63,674 bases of DNA from Candidatus Poseidoniia archaeon (GTDB lineage Archaea; Thermoplasmatota; Poseidoniia; MGIII; CG-Epi1), in contig JAPYSW010000003.1 of assembly GCA_029936395.1 (NCBI GenBank), forward strand, positions 1 through 63,674, given 5' to 3'. The notes under the pieces are model-generated. The model saw nothing but the letters and a program-made list of their open reading frames with translations. It searched no databases and was not told where the DNA came from. The first letter of the stretch is position 1; each line of letters opens with the position of its first letter. The translations under genes were made by a program, and so were the position numbers. Shown here piece after piece: positions 8,919 to 18,184 of this stretch.

Positions 8919-9214
8919 AAATTAAGAATCTCATACTTAAATATGCCGCATACTGAATTTATAGAAATATTTATTCTAATATTTGCATAAAAATATCATC
9001 TTAATCAAAAAAATATAAGGGCCCCCCCCAAGTGACATGCCATAACTGTTAATTATTTTTTGTCTAAGCTAAAATTTTGCGATTCTTAAAAGACTTTTTG
9101 ATGAAGGACTCTAGGCGGGCAACCCTAACTTCCAACTCTTCAAGTCTAATATCATATGGGTGCCTCATGTAAATATATAATTGCCTTACAGGCATAATAA
9201 ACCTTGGTATGACT

Positions 9215-11686
9215 TTATTCCAATTTATGCATCGAAACTAGTGCCAACTCAATAATCTTTAATTCGTCTGGAACGGCATGTCCTGATACTGGGGCTGCTA
9301 AGGAGATCCCTGCATCCTTTTTGGCCTTCCAAACTGCCGAATTGAAATCGACCAATGAATCTGTTATCTTTGTCCATTCTTTGGTTCCTGATATTGGAGA
9401 TTCAGGGAAAACATCTACGTCTACTGCAGATTTATCATACAAGGTCGTTGATAGATGATGAGTAAAGAAAGGACATACGGGAGATAAAATAGATAATAAA
9501 TCTCTAAAAATACGATGTAAAGTCCAAGTGGCAGATGGATCGTCGTTGTATAATCTAGTTTTTGCCATCTCAAGCCAATGTGAAGCGAAAACACCTGTGC
9601 TAAAAGTTTTGATTCCTTGAGCTGCAGTATAAATGTCTAAATCTGAATATCCTGTTTTAGCATTTTCAAGTAATTCAGTAAATTCAGCTAGAATCCATTT
9701 GTCTTCATTCTCGATATCATCAGGTATTGTGTCTAAATCTCCATCAAAATCAAACTGTGAAGCAAATCTACCTACATTGAATATTTTCGTTAAAACGCCA
9801 AAATATCGTAATTCAATTTGTTCTGGATTTATCTGAAAATCATCGCCTACTTGCGCATCTGCAGCTTTCCAGAATCTAAAACATTCTGAACCTATTTTCT
9901 TAGCTTGTAATGCCACCTGTTTACCTTCAGGTCCTTTGATTTTCCAAGAGCCAGTTCGCCCTCCAGCTCCACATTCTAGAACTGAACCTGCATCTATGCC
10001 ATTGCCAAGAGATTTTGACATTTTACGCCCCCAAGGATCCATTCCAAGTCCATCAATCCAAACATTTGCAAATCCTGGTTTGTCTAAAAGTAATGTTGAT
10101 TTCAAAAGAGTATAATACAACCAAGTTCGAACTATTTCTTTACCTTGAGGCCTAATGCCTGTTGGAAATGCTTTTTCAAATAATTCGGGATTTGATAAAT
10201 ATCCTGAAACATATAAATTTGAATTTGATGAATCCATCCAAGTATCGAATACCTTTTCTTCGCCTTCTAAATTACCTAATTCACTTTTTAAATCTGAATA
10301 ATTACCTAATTCCTTACGTGTTTCTCTATCCATTACAATCGAATCCATAGGAGGGCCTTCTTGCCATGGCTGAACATAAGTTCCATGAGGTGGAGTGACT
10401 ACTTTGGTTCTATCTTCTGAATACCAAATTGGAATTTCAGTATGATACCAACGACGTCTACTTACTGGCCAATCAATTGTAATATTTTCCATCCAGTCTA
10501 ACAAAAATTGTTTATTTCTTTTAGGTACAAAATTAATTTCATCAGATAATTCCTTGATTCGCTCTTGAATATGTGTTTGTCTAACATACCATTCTTTCAA
10601 TAAAATAATTTCAATCGGATTCTTACCACGTTCAGAAACTGGAATTTCTTGATCTCTTTCCACTATATTTTCGATTCTATCAGATGCTTCTAACATTTCA
10701 ATGGCTTGTTTTCGTGCATCCCGAACTGACAAACCAGTTAATGGCCCTCCGAGTTCAGTTATATTTCCATCTAAATCAATAGCTTGGAAAGGAGTAAGGC
10801 CTAACTCTCTGAAAACAGAAACGTCATTCTGATCTCCAAAAGAACAAACCATCAAAACCCCAGAACCAAATTCCATATTGACGCTTAGATGAGCTTGTAC
10901 TTCAACTGTTTTAGAACGACCTGAGGTCTCCATAGGCAAATCTAATGTTTTACCAACAAGTTGTTCATATCGAGAATCTTCAGGATGAACAAGAACTATT
11001 CCACATGCACAAATTAGTTCGGGTCTTGTTGTAGATATGACAATTGGAGTATGATTTGAATCATCAGTCACTGACCAGCGTACATCTACTAATTTAGTTT
11101 TACGAGATAACCGTTCAACTTCAGCTTCTGCAATAGTAGTGCCTTCAACCGGATCATACAAATTTGGCCTTAGTTCTTCAACGATATCGCCGCGTTTGAA
11201 TAAATCAATAAATATTGACTGAGTAACAGCTCTGTAATCGGGAGCATCTGTCAAATATTCATTATCATAAGCACAAGAAAGCCCAACTCTTTTAGCAATA
11301 TTCCGCATTTCCTGGGTATATTTTTCTATTTCATTTCTACAAATATCTAAAAATTCAGCTCTATCGTAAGTTTTCATCTTACGGCCCGTTTTCTTTTCAA
11401 CTGTAAATTCTATATTAATTCCGTTACGATCTACCCCCCATGGAAAGTAAACTTCCTTTCCGAGCAACCTTTGACTACGAGCAATGACATCTATCATTGA
11501 ATATTGAGCTACAGCTCCAATGTGCCAAGTTCCTGAAGGATAGGGAGGTGGCGTGTCTATTACAAAAATTTCCTTCTCGGAATTAGGATTAAACGTATAT
11601 CTCTGTCCTTTGGAGAAATGTTCTTCCTGTATCTTTTTCTCTAAATCTACAGTCCAGCGTTTCTCCTTAATTTTGGGGTCGGCCAT
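9215..11686 (-). CDS. valS: Valyl-tRNA synthetase (class Ia)
   Basis: 823 aa. Motifs: PPPYPSGTWHIGA (HIGH region), WGVDRNGINIE, DWPVSRRRWYHTEIPIWY, DTWMDSS, IRPQGKEIVRTW and KMSKSLGN. The size and the RPQG..I.RTW block fit archaeal ValRS better than LeuRS or IleRS. Confidence 0.75.
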   Translation of the reverse strand: MADPKIKEKRWTVDLEKKIQEEHFSKGQRYTFNPNSEKEIFVIDTPPPYPSGTWHIGAVAQYSMIDVIARSQRLLGKEVYFPWGVDRNGINIEFTVEKKTGRKMKTYDRAEFLDICRNEIEKYTQEMRNIAKRVGLSCAYDNEYLTDAPDYRAVTQSIFIDLFKRGDIVEELRPNLYDPVEGTTIAEAEVERLSRKTKLVDVRWSVTDDSNHTPIVISTTRPELICACGIVLVHPEDSRYEQLVGKTLDLPMETSGRSKTVEVQAHLSVNMEFGSGVLMVCSFGDQNDVSVFRELGLTPFQAIDLDGNITELGGPLTGLSVRDARKQAIEMLEASDRIENIVERDQEIPVSERGKNPIEIILLKEWYVRQTHIQERIKELSDEINFVPKRNKQFLLDWMENITIDWPVSRRRWYHTEIPIWYSEDRTKVVTPPHGTYVQPWQEGPPMDSIVMDRETRKELGNYSDLKSELGNLEGEEKVFDTWMDSSNSNLYVSGYLSNPELFEKAFPTGIRPQGKEIVRTWLYYTLLKSTLLLDKPGFANVWIDGLGMDPWGRKMSKSLGNGIDAGSVLECGAGGRTGSWKIKGPEGKQVALQAKKIGSECFRFWKAADAQVGDDFQINPEQIELRYFGVLTKIFNVGRFASQFDFDGDLDTIPDDIENEDKWILAEFTELLENAKTGYSDLDIYTAAQGIKTFSTGVFASHWLEMAKTRLYNDDPSATWTLHRIFRDLLSILSPVCPFFTHHLSTTLYDKSAVDVDVFPESPISGTKEWTKITDSLVDFNSAVWKAKKDAGISLAAPVSGHAVPDELKIIELALVSMHKLE

Positions 11687-11768
11687 GTTTTCTGCTACTT
11701 GTCCCTAGTATAGGTTTTCTTAATACTTGCGAAGCTATTTTACTTAGGCGCTATATGAGGAAAAACCA

Positions 11769-12941
11769 ATGGAATATGCTAGAGATGTTGTGATTGTCGG
11801 AGGTGTTAGGACGGCCCAAGGAAAATTCAAAGGAGCTCTTTTCGATACCTCGGCAGTAGATTTAGGAGCATTAGCAATCAAAGCTACATTAGAACAAACT
11901 AAAATCAATCCTGAAATGATTGACGAGGTCATAATGGGCAATGTTCTATCGGCAGGCATAGGGCAGCATCCTGCTCGGCAAGCCGCCTTGAAAGCTGGCA
12001 TTCCGGAAAGAATTCCGGCACTAACTATAAACAAAATGTGTGGTTCTAGTATGAAAGCGATTATGTTGGCTGCAACTTCTATCCGTTCTGGAGAATCTGA
12101 TATTATGATGGTTGGCGGAATGGAATCTATGTCACAAGCGCCTTTTACTGTGGCTAGAGCTAAAGATGGAAAAGTCAGCATGGAGAAACCCATGGACAGT
12201 ATGATGATTGATGGTTTGATTGATCCTATCAATGGAATGGTAATGGCTCAAACTGGGAATCGAATTGCTGAAAAATTTAATATTACTCGAGATGAAGCTG
12301 ATTTATTTGCTATTGAATCCCATATTCGAGCACAAAAAGCTTACAAAAAAGGTGCGTTTGAAAACTACCATATTCCTGTTAAATATGAAGAAGGCGTATT
12401 AAGCAAAGACGAAGGTATCCGACCAAATTCTAGTTTGGAAATTTTAGGGAAATTAAATCCTGTATTTGATGAAAATGGAGTTGTAACTGCTGGAAATGCA
12501 AGTCAAATCTCAGATGGGGCGGCCGCTTGCTTAGTAATGTCGCGCGAAAAAGCTAATGAATTAGGGCTGGAATGCTTAGCTACAATTACCAATTATTGTG
12601 CAGTAGGCGTACCTTCAGAAGATGTGATGTCTGCGCCAATACCTGCAGTTCAAAAATTATGGAAGATGCAAGGTCGAAAGGGTGAACAAGATTATGATCT
12701 TTATGAACACAATGAAGCTTTTGCATCGGCTTGTTTGGGGGTGATGCAAGGCTTAGGATTAAGGCATGAAAAATTGAATGTTCATGGCGGAGCTATAGCT
12801 ATGGGGCATCCTTTAGGTGCTTCAGGTTGCAGAATTGTATTGACTTTAATCCATGCATTAAGAGCGCGAAAAGGTAAACGTGGTTTTGCTACTGCCTGCC
12901 TAGGTGGAGGAATGGCTACCGCAATTGAAATTGAAACATGA
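11769..12941 (+). CDS. Acetyl-CoA C-acetyltransferase (thiolase II, bacterial type)
   Basis: NKMCGSSMKA (nucleophilic Cys), NEAFA, HGGAIAMGHPLGASGCR, CLGGGMATA. Confidence 0.9.
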   Translation: MEYARDVVIVGGVRTAQGKFKGALFDTSAVDLGALAIKATLEQTKINPEMIDEVIMGNVLSAGIGQHPARQAALKAGIPERIPALTINKMCGSSMKAIMLAATSIRSGESDIMMVGGMESMSQAPFTVARAKDGKVSMEKPMDSMMIDGLIDPINGMVMAQTGNRIAEKFNITRDEADLFAIESHIRAQKAYKKGAFENYHIPVKYEEGVLSKDEGIRPNSSLEILGKLNPVFDENGVVTAGNASQISDGAAACLVMSREKANELGLECLATITNYCAVGVPSEDVMSAPIPAVQKLWKMQGRKGEQDYDLYEHNEAFASACLGVMQGLGLRHEKLNVHGGAIAMGHPLGASGCRIVLTLIHALRARKGKRGFATACLGGGMATAIEIET

Positions 12942-13717
12942 ATGCTGAACTTAATGGGAAAATAGTTCTAGTAAGTGGCGGTGCTGGAGGCATTGGAAGC
13001 GCTATCTCTAAATCTTTTGCAAAACAGGGAGCGAAAGTTATTGTTCATTACCATACGTCTGAAAACGAAGCTAAAGTATTGGCAAAAGAAATTGAAGGTT
13101 TAGCAATTAATGCAGATTTAACCAAATCTGAAGATACGACTAAACTTTTCAATCAAATTATAGAAGAAGAAGGGCGTCTGGATATCTGTATTGCTAACGC
13201 CGGAAATTATCCTAAAGAAAGTGTGCCTTTATGGAATATTGATGATAAACGATGGAATGAAACCATTTCTACAAATTTATCTATAACTTTCAATACTTCA
13301 CGAGAATTTTTAAAACACGTTTCACAAACAAAAAAAGGCTCACTAGTTCTTGTTGGATCTACTGCAGGAATCTATGGAGAATCAGGACACTCAGATTATG
13401 CTGCTGCTAAAGGCGCAATCACTTCAGGACTCTTAAAAACATTAAAGAATGAAGCTGCTCAAATTGGAGATGGAGTTAGGATAAATGCCGTAGCTCCAGG
13501 ATGGACCGCAACGCAGAAAAAAATAGATGAAGGATTGAATCAAAATCATGTTGATAAAGTTGTATCCACTATGGCTTTGAAAAAATTAGCAACTCCGGAA
13601 GATGTTGCTAACACTATCGTAATATTAGCCTCTGATTCACTTTCAGGACATACTACTGGACAAGTAGTAGAAATCGCAGGAGGGATGGAAGGACGTCTGA
13701 TAACTGGGACCAAGTAG
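12938..13717 (+). CDS. SDR-family 3-oxoacyl/acetoacetyl-CoA reductase-like protein
   Basis: SGGAGGIGSA, NAGN and YAAAKGA (YxxxK). It overlaps the thiolase stop by 4 nt. Confidence 0.8.
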   Translation: MNAELNGKIVLVSGGAGGIGSAISKSFAKQGAKVIVHYHTSENEAKVLAKEIEGLAINADLTKSEDTTKLFNQIIEEEGRLDICIANAGNYPKESVPLWNIDDKRWNETISTNLSITFNTSREFLKHVSQTKKGSLVLVGSTAGIYGESGHSDYAAAKGAITSGLLKTLKNEAAQIGDGVRINAVAPGWTATQKKIDEGLNQNHVDKVVSTMALKKLATPEDVANTIVILASDSLSGHTTGQVVEIAGGMEGRLITGTK

Positions 13718-13926
13718 GATTTAGAAACCTGCTAATTGGAAGCATTGTTTTCTCACTAATTATTTCTTGGATTGTAACTATTATTTATGATATTCACTTC
13801 AATTTTGTAATTTTTGTTGTTGTTCAATTGTTTGTTATAATTGCCACTACCATGATATGGCCTGCTCTCAATTCAAAATAGTTTTTTGAAAAGATATTAA
13901 ATAGTAATGATTCTACTTCAAATACT

Positions 13927-15222
13927 GTGGAAGAATCATTAAAAAAAGTCCGACGCTACGATATTGATTGGCTTAGAGTCATTTTATTTGCACTGCTAAT
14001 TCCATTTCATGTCGCCATCGGTGTTTACTGGAATCTTTATGGTGAAAATGTTAATCCCGACCTAGATGGAATAAATGAAAGGTGGGAAATTGCCGAAGAA
14101 GGTAATGACTATACGACTGACTCTGTAAATTTACCAAGTATGTTATTGCATTGGATACATCAATGGAGACTTGCCGGGTTGTTTATGATTTCAGGAATGG
14201 GGACTGCATTTGCCTTTAGGGGCCGGACATGGAAAACATTCCTAGTGGAAAGAACGAAACGACTTCTTGTTCCTATGTTCTTTGGAGCTTGGACAATGGG
14301 ATTTATTGGGTCTGTTCTTACTGAAAATGGAAATTTGACTATATGGGCATTTCTAATTGGAATAATATGGAGAAGCCTAATTTTCTGGGTGCCGTTTATT
14401 GGAAAACTTATAGCTCTCGGCCATTTATGGTTTCTATGGAATCTGTTCCAGTACTCTCTCTTTATGATTCCTATTTTTACTATTGTAAAAAATAATCCAG
14501 ATGGGAAAATAGCTAGATTCATTAGATCATTTTTTACTATGCCTGGTGGAATTGGAATATTCTTTTTACTTCCGTTTTTTCTAGTTTTTATGGAAATCCT
14601 ATTCAAGCCTTGGTTTCCAGGATATATTGGTATTGGATATGAATGGTTCTGGTTTTTTGGTTTTTTTGCATTCGGCTACATGTGTATAAATGCCAAGGAT
14701 GAATATTATGAATTTATAGAAACGCGTAGAATTATGATTACGTTACTCACTGTAATATGGACTATTGCCTTTGTTTGGATTCGGTTAGAACAACATAAAT
14801 CAGGTATTCCGTACATAGATGGAGGTTGGCTCAAAAAGGACATCATTCATAATAAAATGACTATCCTTGGTTGCGTAATCCATAGTTTTCATGCTTGGTT
14901 TTGGTGTCTAACCATTTTCTCTTGGGGTGCACACTTTCTAAACAAACCCAGCAAAAATCTGACATATATGAATCAAGGAGTTTATCCATTCTATATTGTC
15001 CATATGCCGCTTACTTTTGCGGGACTTATATTTGCTGGCAATTTAGGGCTTAAGGGCATTCCTGCCGTTATTCTAGCCACTCTATTTGTAGGACTAACTT
15101 GTTGGATTTTCTTTGAATGTGTAAAACAAACTAGAGTCACACGTTTTTTATTTGGCATCAAAGAGGCCTCAAACGGTAAGGATAAACCTTCTGAAAGTAA
15201 TGCATTTATCGAGGGTAGATAA
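13927..15222 (+). CDS. Acyltransferase family 3 (OpgC/OafA-like) integral membrane protein
   Basis: N-terminal RRYDIDWLRVILFALLIPFHV, then WRLAGLFMISGMGTAF and RTKRLLVPMFFG. About 10 TM segments. Confidence 0.6.
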   Translation: MEESLKKVRRYDIDWLRVILFALLIPFHVAIGVYWNLYGENVNPDLDGINERWEIAEEGNDYTTDSVNLPSMLLHWIHQWRLAGLFMISGMGTAFAFRGRTWKTFLVERTKRLLVPMFFGAWTMGFIGSVLTENGNLTIWAFLIGIIWRSLIFWVPFIGKLIALGHLWFLWNLFQYSLFMIPIFTIVKNNPDGKIARFIRSFFTMPGGIGIFFLLPFFLVFMEILFKPWFPGYIGIGYEWFWFFGFFAFGYMCINAKDEYYEFIETRRIMITLLTVIWTIAFVWIRLEQHKSGIPYIDGGWLKKDIIHNKMTILGCVIHSFHAWFWCLTIFSWGAHFLNKPSKNLTYMNQGVYPFYIVHMPLTFAGLIFAGNLGLKGIPAVILATLFVGLTCWIFFECVKQTRVTRFLFGIKEASNGKDKPSESNAFIEGR

Positions 15223-15231
15223 TGCCAGTCC

Positions 15232-15238
15232 TTATATA
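15232..15238 (+). promoter_or_regulatory. TATA-box-like element (TTATATA) upstream of the ribosomal protein operon
   Basis: This is the only clear TATA-like motif between the acyltransferase stop (15222) and rpl3. It would place a TSS near 15262, giving a leader of about 165 nt. Confidence 0.3.
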
Positions 15239-15277
15239 GAGTCTGTTTGTGCGAGCGACCCTACATTCACGCAACCA

Positions 15278-15397
15278 GACGCTTTGGGCAATTATCCCAA
15301 TACCTCTCGAGGCACTTGTTCTCGTCGAGAAACGGCGTCACGGTACGATGTGTAACATGTGGGAGATTACGCCTGATTTCGTTTCCGTTAGCAACGG
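15278..15397 (+). promoter_or_regulatory. GC-rich structured leader or candidate small RNA upstream of rpl3
   Basis: Hand count gives 89 G+C in 15241-15420 (49%), against 25-43% in flanking 60-nt lines I spot-counted. Nested pairings: GACGC 15278-82 with GCGTC 15335-39 encloses TTGGG/CCCAA (15284-88/15296-300) and TCTCGA/TCGAGA (15305-10/15325-30). A further hairpin is CCGTT-AGC-AACGG at 15385-97. Confidence 0.3.
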
Positions 15398-15426
15398 TTA
15401 GCGCAATTATGGAAGAGTAAACAAAA

Positions 15427-16437
15427 ATGCCAAAGCACAATAAACCAAACCGCGGATCCATGGCCTTCAGCCCTCGTAAGAGAGCACGCTCTGAAACGCC
15501 ACATATCTCGAGTTGGGCTGCCGTGGATAGTGATGTTCCTAAAATTCTCGGATTTGCAGGGTACAAGGTTGGTATGAGTCATGTTATGGCTATAGATTAC
15601 AGAAAGAAATCTGTTACTGCAGGACAAGAAATTAGAATGCCAGTAACCGTTGTAGAATTGCCTTCCATGAAAGTTATTGGAGCTCGAGGTTATATTCGAG
15701 ACACTTATGGTTTAAGAACACTCACTGAAGCATGGGATCCAAAGTTAGATGCTGACTTAGAACGTAAATTACCATTACCGAAAGATCAAGATAGCAAAGC
15801 TTCTTGGAAAAGTATGAAAGAAAATGATTTGGAAGAAGTGCGATTATTAGTTCGAACCCAACCTAAACTGGTTACTGGAATACCAAAGAAGAGACCGGAA
15901 GTTATGGAAATGGCTGTTGGAGGCGGAACAATTGAAGCTCAGATTGATTTTTCAAAAGACATGTTAGGAAAAGAATTCACAATTGGTGATTTTGCTGCAG
16001 ATGGTGAAATGTTGGATGCTATAGCTGTTACTACAGGATATGGATTCCAAGGTCACGTTAAACGCTGGGGAGTAAAATTACTAACTCACAAAAACTCAAA
16101 GCACCGCAGAATGATTGGAAACTTAGGTCCTTTCAGCCCTGGTTATGTTGTTTCGACAGTTCCACAAGCTGGACAAACAGGCTACCATCAAAGAACTGAA
16201 TACAATAAAAGATTATTAAAAATTGGAGATAACCCGGATGAAATTAATCCTAAAGGTGGTTTCCTAAATTACGGACTTGTTCGTGGAACTTATGCACTAT
16301 TGCACGGTTCCTTGCCAGGTCCAACCAAACGTCTAATTAGATTTAGAAAAGCTGTACGATTCCATGGATCTGCCGCTAATGCAACTGTTGCACCTAAAAT
16401 AACAATGGTCTCACAAGAGAGCCAGCAGGGTGTCTAG
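15427..16437 (+). CDS. rpl3: 50S ribosomal protein uL3
   Basis: MPKHNKPNRGSMAFSPRKRA..GYKVGMSHV... It is the first gene of the conserved archaeal L3-L4-L23-L2 block. Confidence 0.95.
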   Translation: MPKHNKPNRGSMAFSPRKRARSETPHISSWAAVDSDVPKILGFAGYKVGMSHVMAIDYRKKSVTAGQEIRMPVTVVELPSMKVIGARGYIRDTYGLRTLTEAWDPKLDADLERKLPLPKDQDSKASWKSMKENDLEEVRLLVRTQPKLVTGIPKKRPEVMEMAVGGGTIEAQIDFSKDMLGKEFTIGDFAADGEMLDAIAVTTGYGFQGHVKRWGVKLLTHKNSKHRRMIGNLGPFSPGYVVSTVPQAGQTGYHQRTEYNKRLLKIGDNPDEINPKGGFLNYGLVRGTYALLHGSLPGPTKRLIRFRKAVRFHGSAANATVAPKITMVSQESQQGV

Positions 16438-16438
16438 A

Positions 16439-17227
16439 ATGAAAGTTCCAGTCTACTCAATGAAAGGTAAAGCTTCGAAAAGCTCGGCAACTTTGCCTCC
16501 GGCATTTGAAGAACCTATAAGATTAGATTTAATACGTAGAGCTGTCCGAGCCACTAGAGCGAATCGTCGGCAAGCTTACGGTGCATCGAAAGAGGCTGGT
16601 TATCGCCATTCTGTATCATGGCCTGGTAAAGGCAGAGGTATGGCACGTACTCCACGTAAAAATGGAGGCGGTGGAAGAGGGGCTGAAGCTCCAAATACCG
16701 TTGGTGGAAGAAGAGCCCATCCTCCTAAAGTTGAAAAAGAATGGGACCTAAAAATAAATTCTAAAGAAAGGAAAAAAGCTTTCCGTTCTGCACTAGCTGC
16801 AACTACACAAGAATCTTATGTAATTGCAAGAGGTCATGTTATACCTGAAAAAGTAACACTACCTTATGTTGTAGATAATAAAATTGAAAAAATATCTGAT
16901 AAACATGACGGTGAATCAATTACCAAGAGAGCCTTGTCACTACTAGATGGACTCGGATTGAGTGAAGATATTGATAGATCGACTAATGGAAAAGGTATCA
17001 GGGCAGGAAAGGGAAAGAGAAGAGGACGAAAATATAGAACTCCAAGATCTATACTAGTTGTGCTTTCTGAAAATAATGGCTCCGAAAATGCTTTCCGTAA
17101 TTTATCAGGAGTGGATGTTACTACTTCTAAAGATCTTAATACTGAACTATTGGCACCCGGTGGAGATCCAGGAAGATTAGTTGTATTCAGTGAAGCAGCT
17201 GTCTCTGCTTTGGAGAAAAGATTATGA
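16439..17227 (+). CDS. rpl4: 50S ribosomal protein uL4
   Basis: Contains GKGRGMARTPR..GGRGAEAPNTVGGRRAHPPK. The track ORF begins at GTG 16430; ATG 16439 (MKVPVYS) is the more likely start. Confidence 0.9.
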   Translation: MKVPVYSMKGKASKSSATLPPAFEEPIRLDLIRRAVRATRANRRQAYGASKEAGYRHSVSWPGKGRGMARTPRKNGGGGRGAEAPNTVGGRRAHPPKVEKEWDLKINSKERKKAFRSALAATTQESYVIARGHVIPEKVTLPYVVDNKIEKISDKHDGESITKRALSLLDGLGLSEDIDRSTNGKGIRAGKGKRRGRKYRTPRSILVVLSENNGSENAFRNLSGVDVTTSKDLNTELLAPGGDPGRLVVFSEAAVSALEKRL

Positions 17228-17478
17228 GTGAACACAAAATAATCCTAAGTCCACGTTCTAAAGAGAGAGCTCTTTACATGCTTGAACAAAATAAATTAGA
17301 ATTCTATGTTGCTCGAACAGCTTCAAAACACGACATTAAAGGAGCAATCAAAGCTCTTTTCCAAGTTGAAGTGAGCAAAGTTAATACGAGAATTACCAAA
17401 GAAGGTAAACTAGCTATAGTCAAATTGGCAGAAGGAAGCTCTGCTGAAGACTTGAGTAATAGATTAGGAATATTGTGA
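17224..17478 (+). CDS. rpl23: 50S ribosomal protein uL23
   Basis: 84 aa (..LEFYVARTASKHDIKGAIKALFQVEVSKVNT..), in the expected operon position. Confidence 0.9.
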   Translation: MSEHKIILSPRSKERALYMLEQNKLEFYVARTASKHDIKGAIKALFQVEVSKVNTRITKEGKLAIVKLAEGSSAEDLSNRLGIL

Positions 17479-17482
17479 TAAT

Positions 17483-18184
17483 ATGGGCAAGCGAATAATA
17501 CCTAGAAGACGCGGTCGAGGACATCGTTGGAAAGCTCCAGACAACCGTTTCAAAGGAGATGCAAGACATCCAAGATCTAAATCTTCAAATGGTAAAGTTA
17601 CTGAACTTCTACACGACCCCGGTAGAACGGCACCTATTGCCAAAATTTCTGACCAAGATGGAATTTATACTATGATTGCGCATGATGGTATGCATGTAGG
17701 GCAAGATATTGCTGCAGGCCATGGTGCGGAGATTGATATTGGAAACACCGCATATGTAGGTTCAATACCTGAAGGAACTAAAGTTTATAATGTAGAAATG
17801 CAACCTGGAGATGGAGGGAAAATGGCTAGAGCTGCTGGCGAAGCCGCAATTGTTATTTCTCACGGTAAACAGACTACTACTATCCGATTGCCTTCTAAAG
17901 CTCAGAAGAAATTAGATCGCATGTGTCGAGCAACTATTGGATCTGTAGCTGGTTCTGGAAGAGGTGAAAAACCCATTGCAAAAGCTGGAAAGAATTTCTA
18001 TCGTACTCGATCCCGACCTAAGGTTTGGCCAAAGGTAAGAGGAGTTGCTATGAATGCTGTAGATCACCCTCACGGTAGTGGACGAAAGCAAACTGTCGGT
18101 GTTCAATCCTCAGTTTCCAGAAATGCCCCACCTGGACGTAAAGTTGGTAACATTGCACCTAAGAGAACTGGAGGCAAGCGTTAA
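17483..18184 (+). CDS. rpl2: 50S ribosomal protein uL2
   Basis: VRGVAMNAVDHPHGSGRKQTVG and GDGGKMARAAG motifs. Confidence 0.95.
   Translation: MGKRIIPRRRGRGHRWKAPDNRFKGDARHPRSKSSNGKVTELLHDPGRTAPIAKISDQDGIYTMIAHDGMHVGQDIAAGHGAEIDIGNTAYVGSIPEGTKVYNVEMQPGDGGKMARAAGEAAIVISHGKQTTTIRLPSKAQKKLDRMCRATIGSVAGSGRGEKPIAKAGKNFYRTRSRPKVWPKVRGVAMNAVDHPHGSGRKQTVGVQSSVSRNAPPGRKVGNIAPKRTGGKR

Noticed and set aside
8919-9214. 296-nt AT-rich intergenic region, considered as a replication origin, tRNA or small-RNA site; it also contains a 43-aa minus-strand ORF (ATG at 9195)
   Set aside because: I could not find repeated ORB-like boxes, T-loop or acceptor-stem features, or GC enrichment. The mini-ORF has no motif or coupling to neighbours. 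This is most simply the convergent 3' regions of the membrane-protein operon and valS.
11744-12232. 162-aa minus-strand ORF overlapping the thiolase 5' region, plus similar antisense ORFs inside valS, aIF5B, the OPT-like gene, the ribosomal genes and others
   Set aside because: All lie fully inside strongly supported genes on the opposite strand and give low-complexity or motif-less translations. This is typical shadow-ORF behaviour.
13717-13881. Hydrophobic reading frame after the SDR gene (…LIGSIVFSLIISWIVTIIYDIHFNFVIFVVVQLFVIIATTMIWPALNSK) that looks like a small two-TM protein
   Set aside because: Tracing the frame upstream to its preceding stop (13633-35) finds no ATG, GTG or TTG before the hydrophobic part. 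The only starts are near the 3' end. Without a start codon or evidence of a frameshift I cannot call it.
15152-15627. Three track ORFs (15152-15355 +, 15267-15566 -, 15388-15627 -) spanning the gap upstream of rpl3
   Set aside because: They overlap each other, the acyltransferase 3' end and the rpl3 5' end, and have no motifs. They exist because the region is GC-rich and therefore poor in stop codons. I interpret the region as structured RNA or leader instead.
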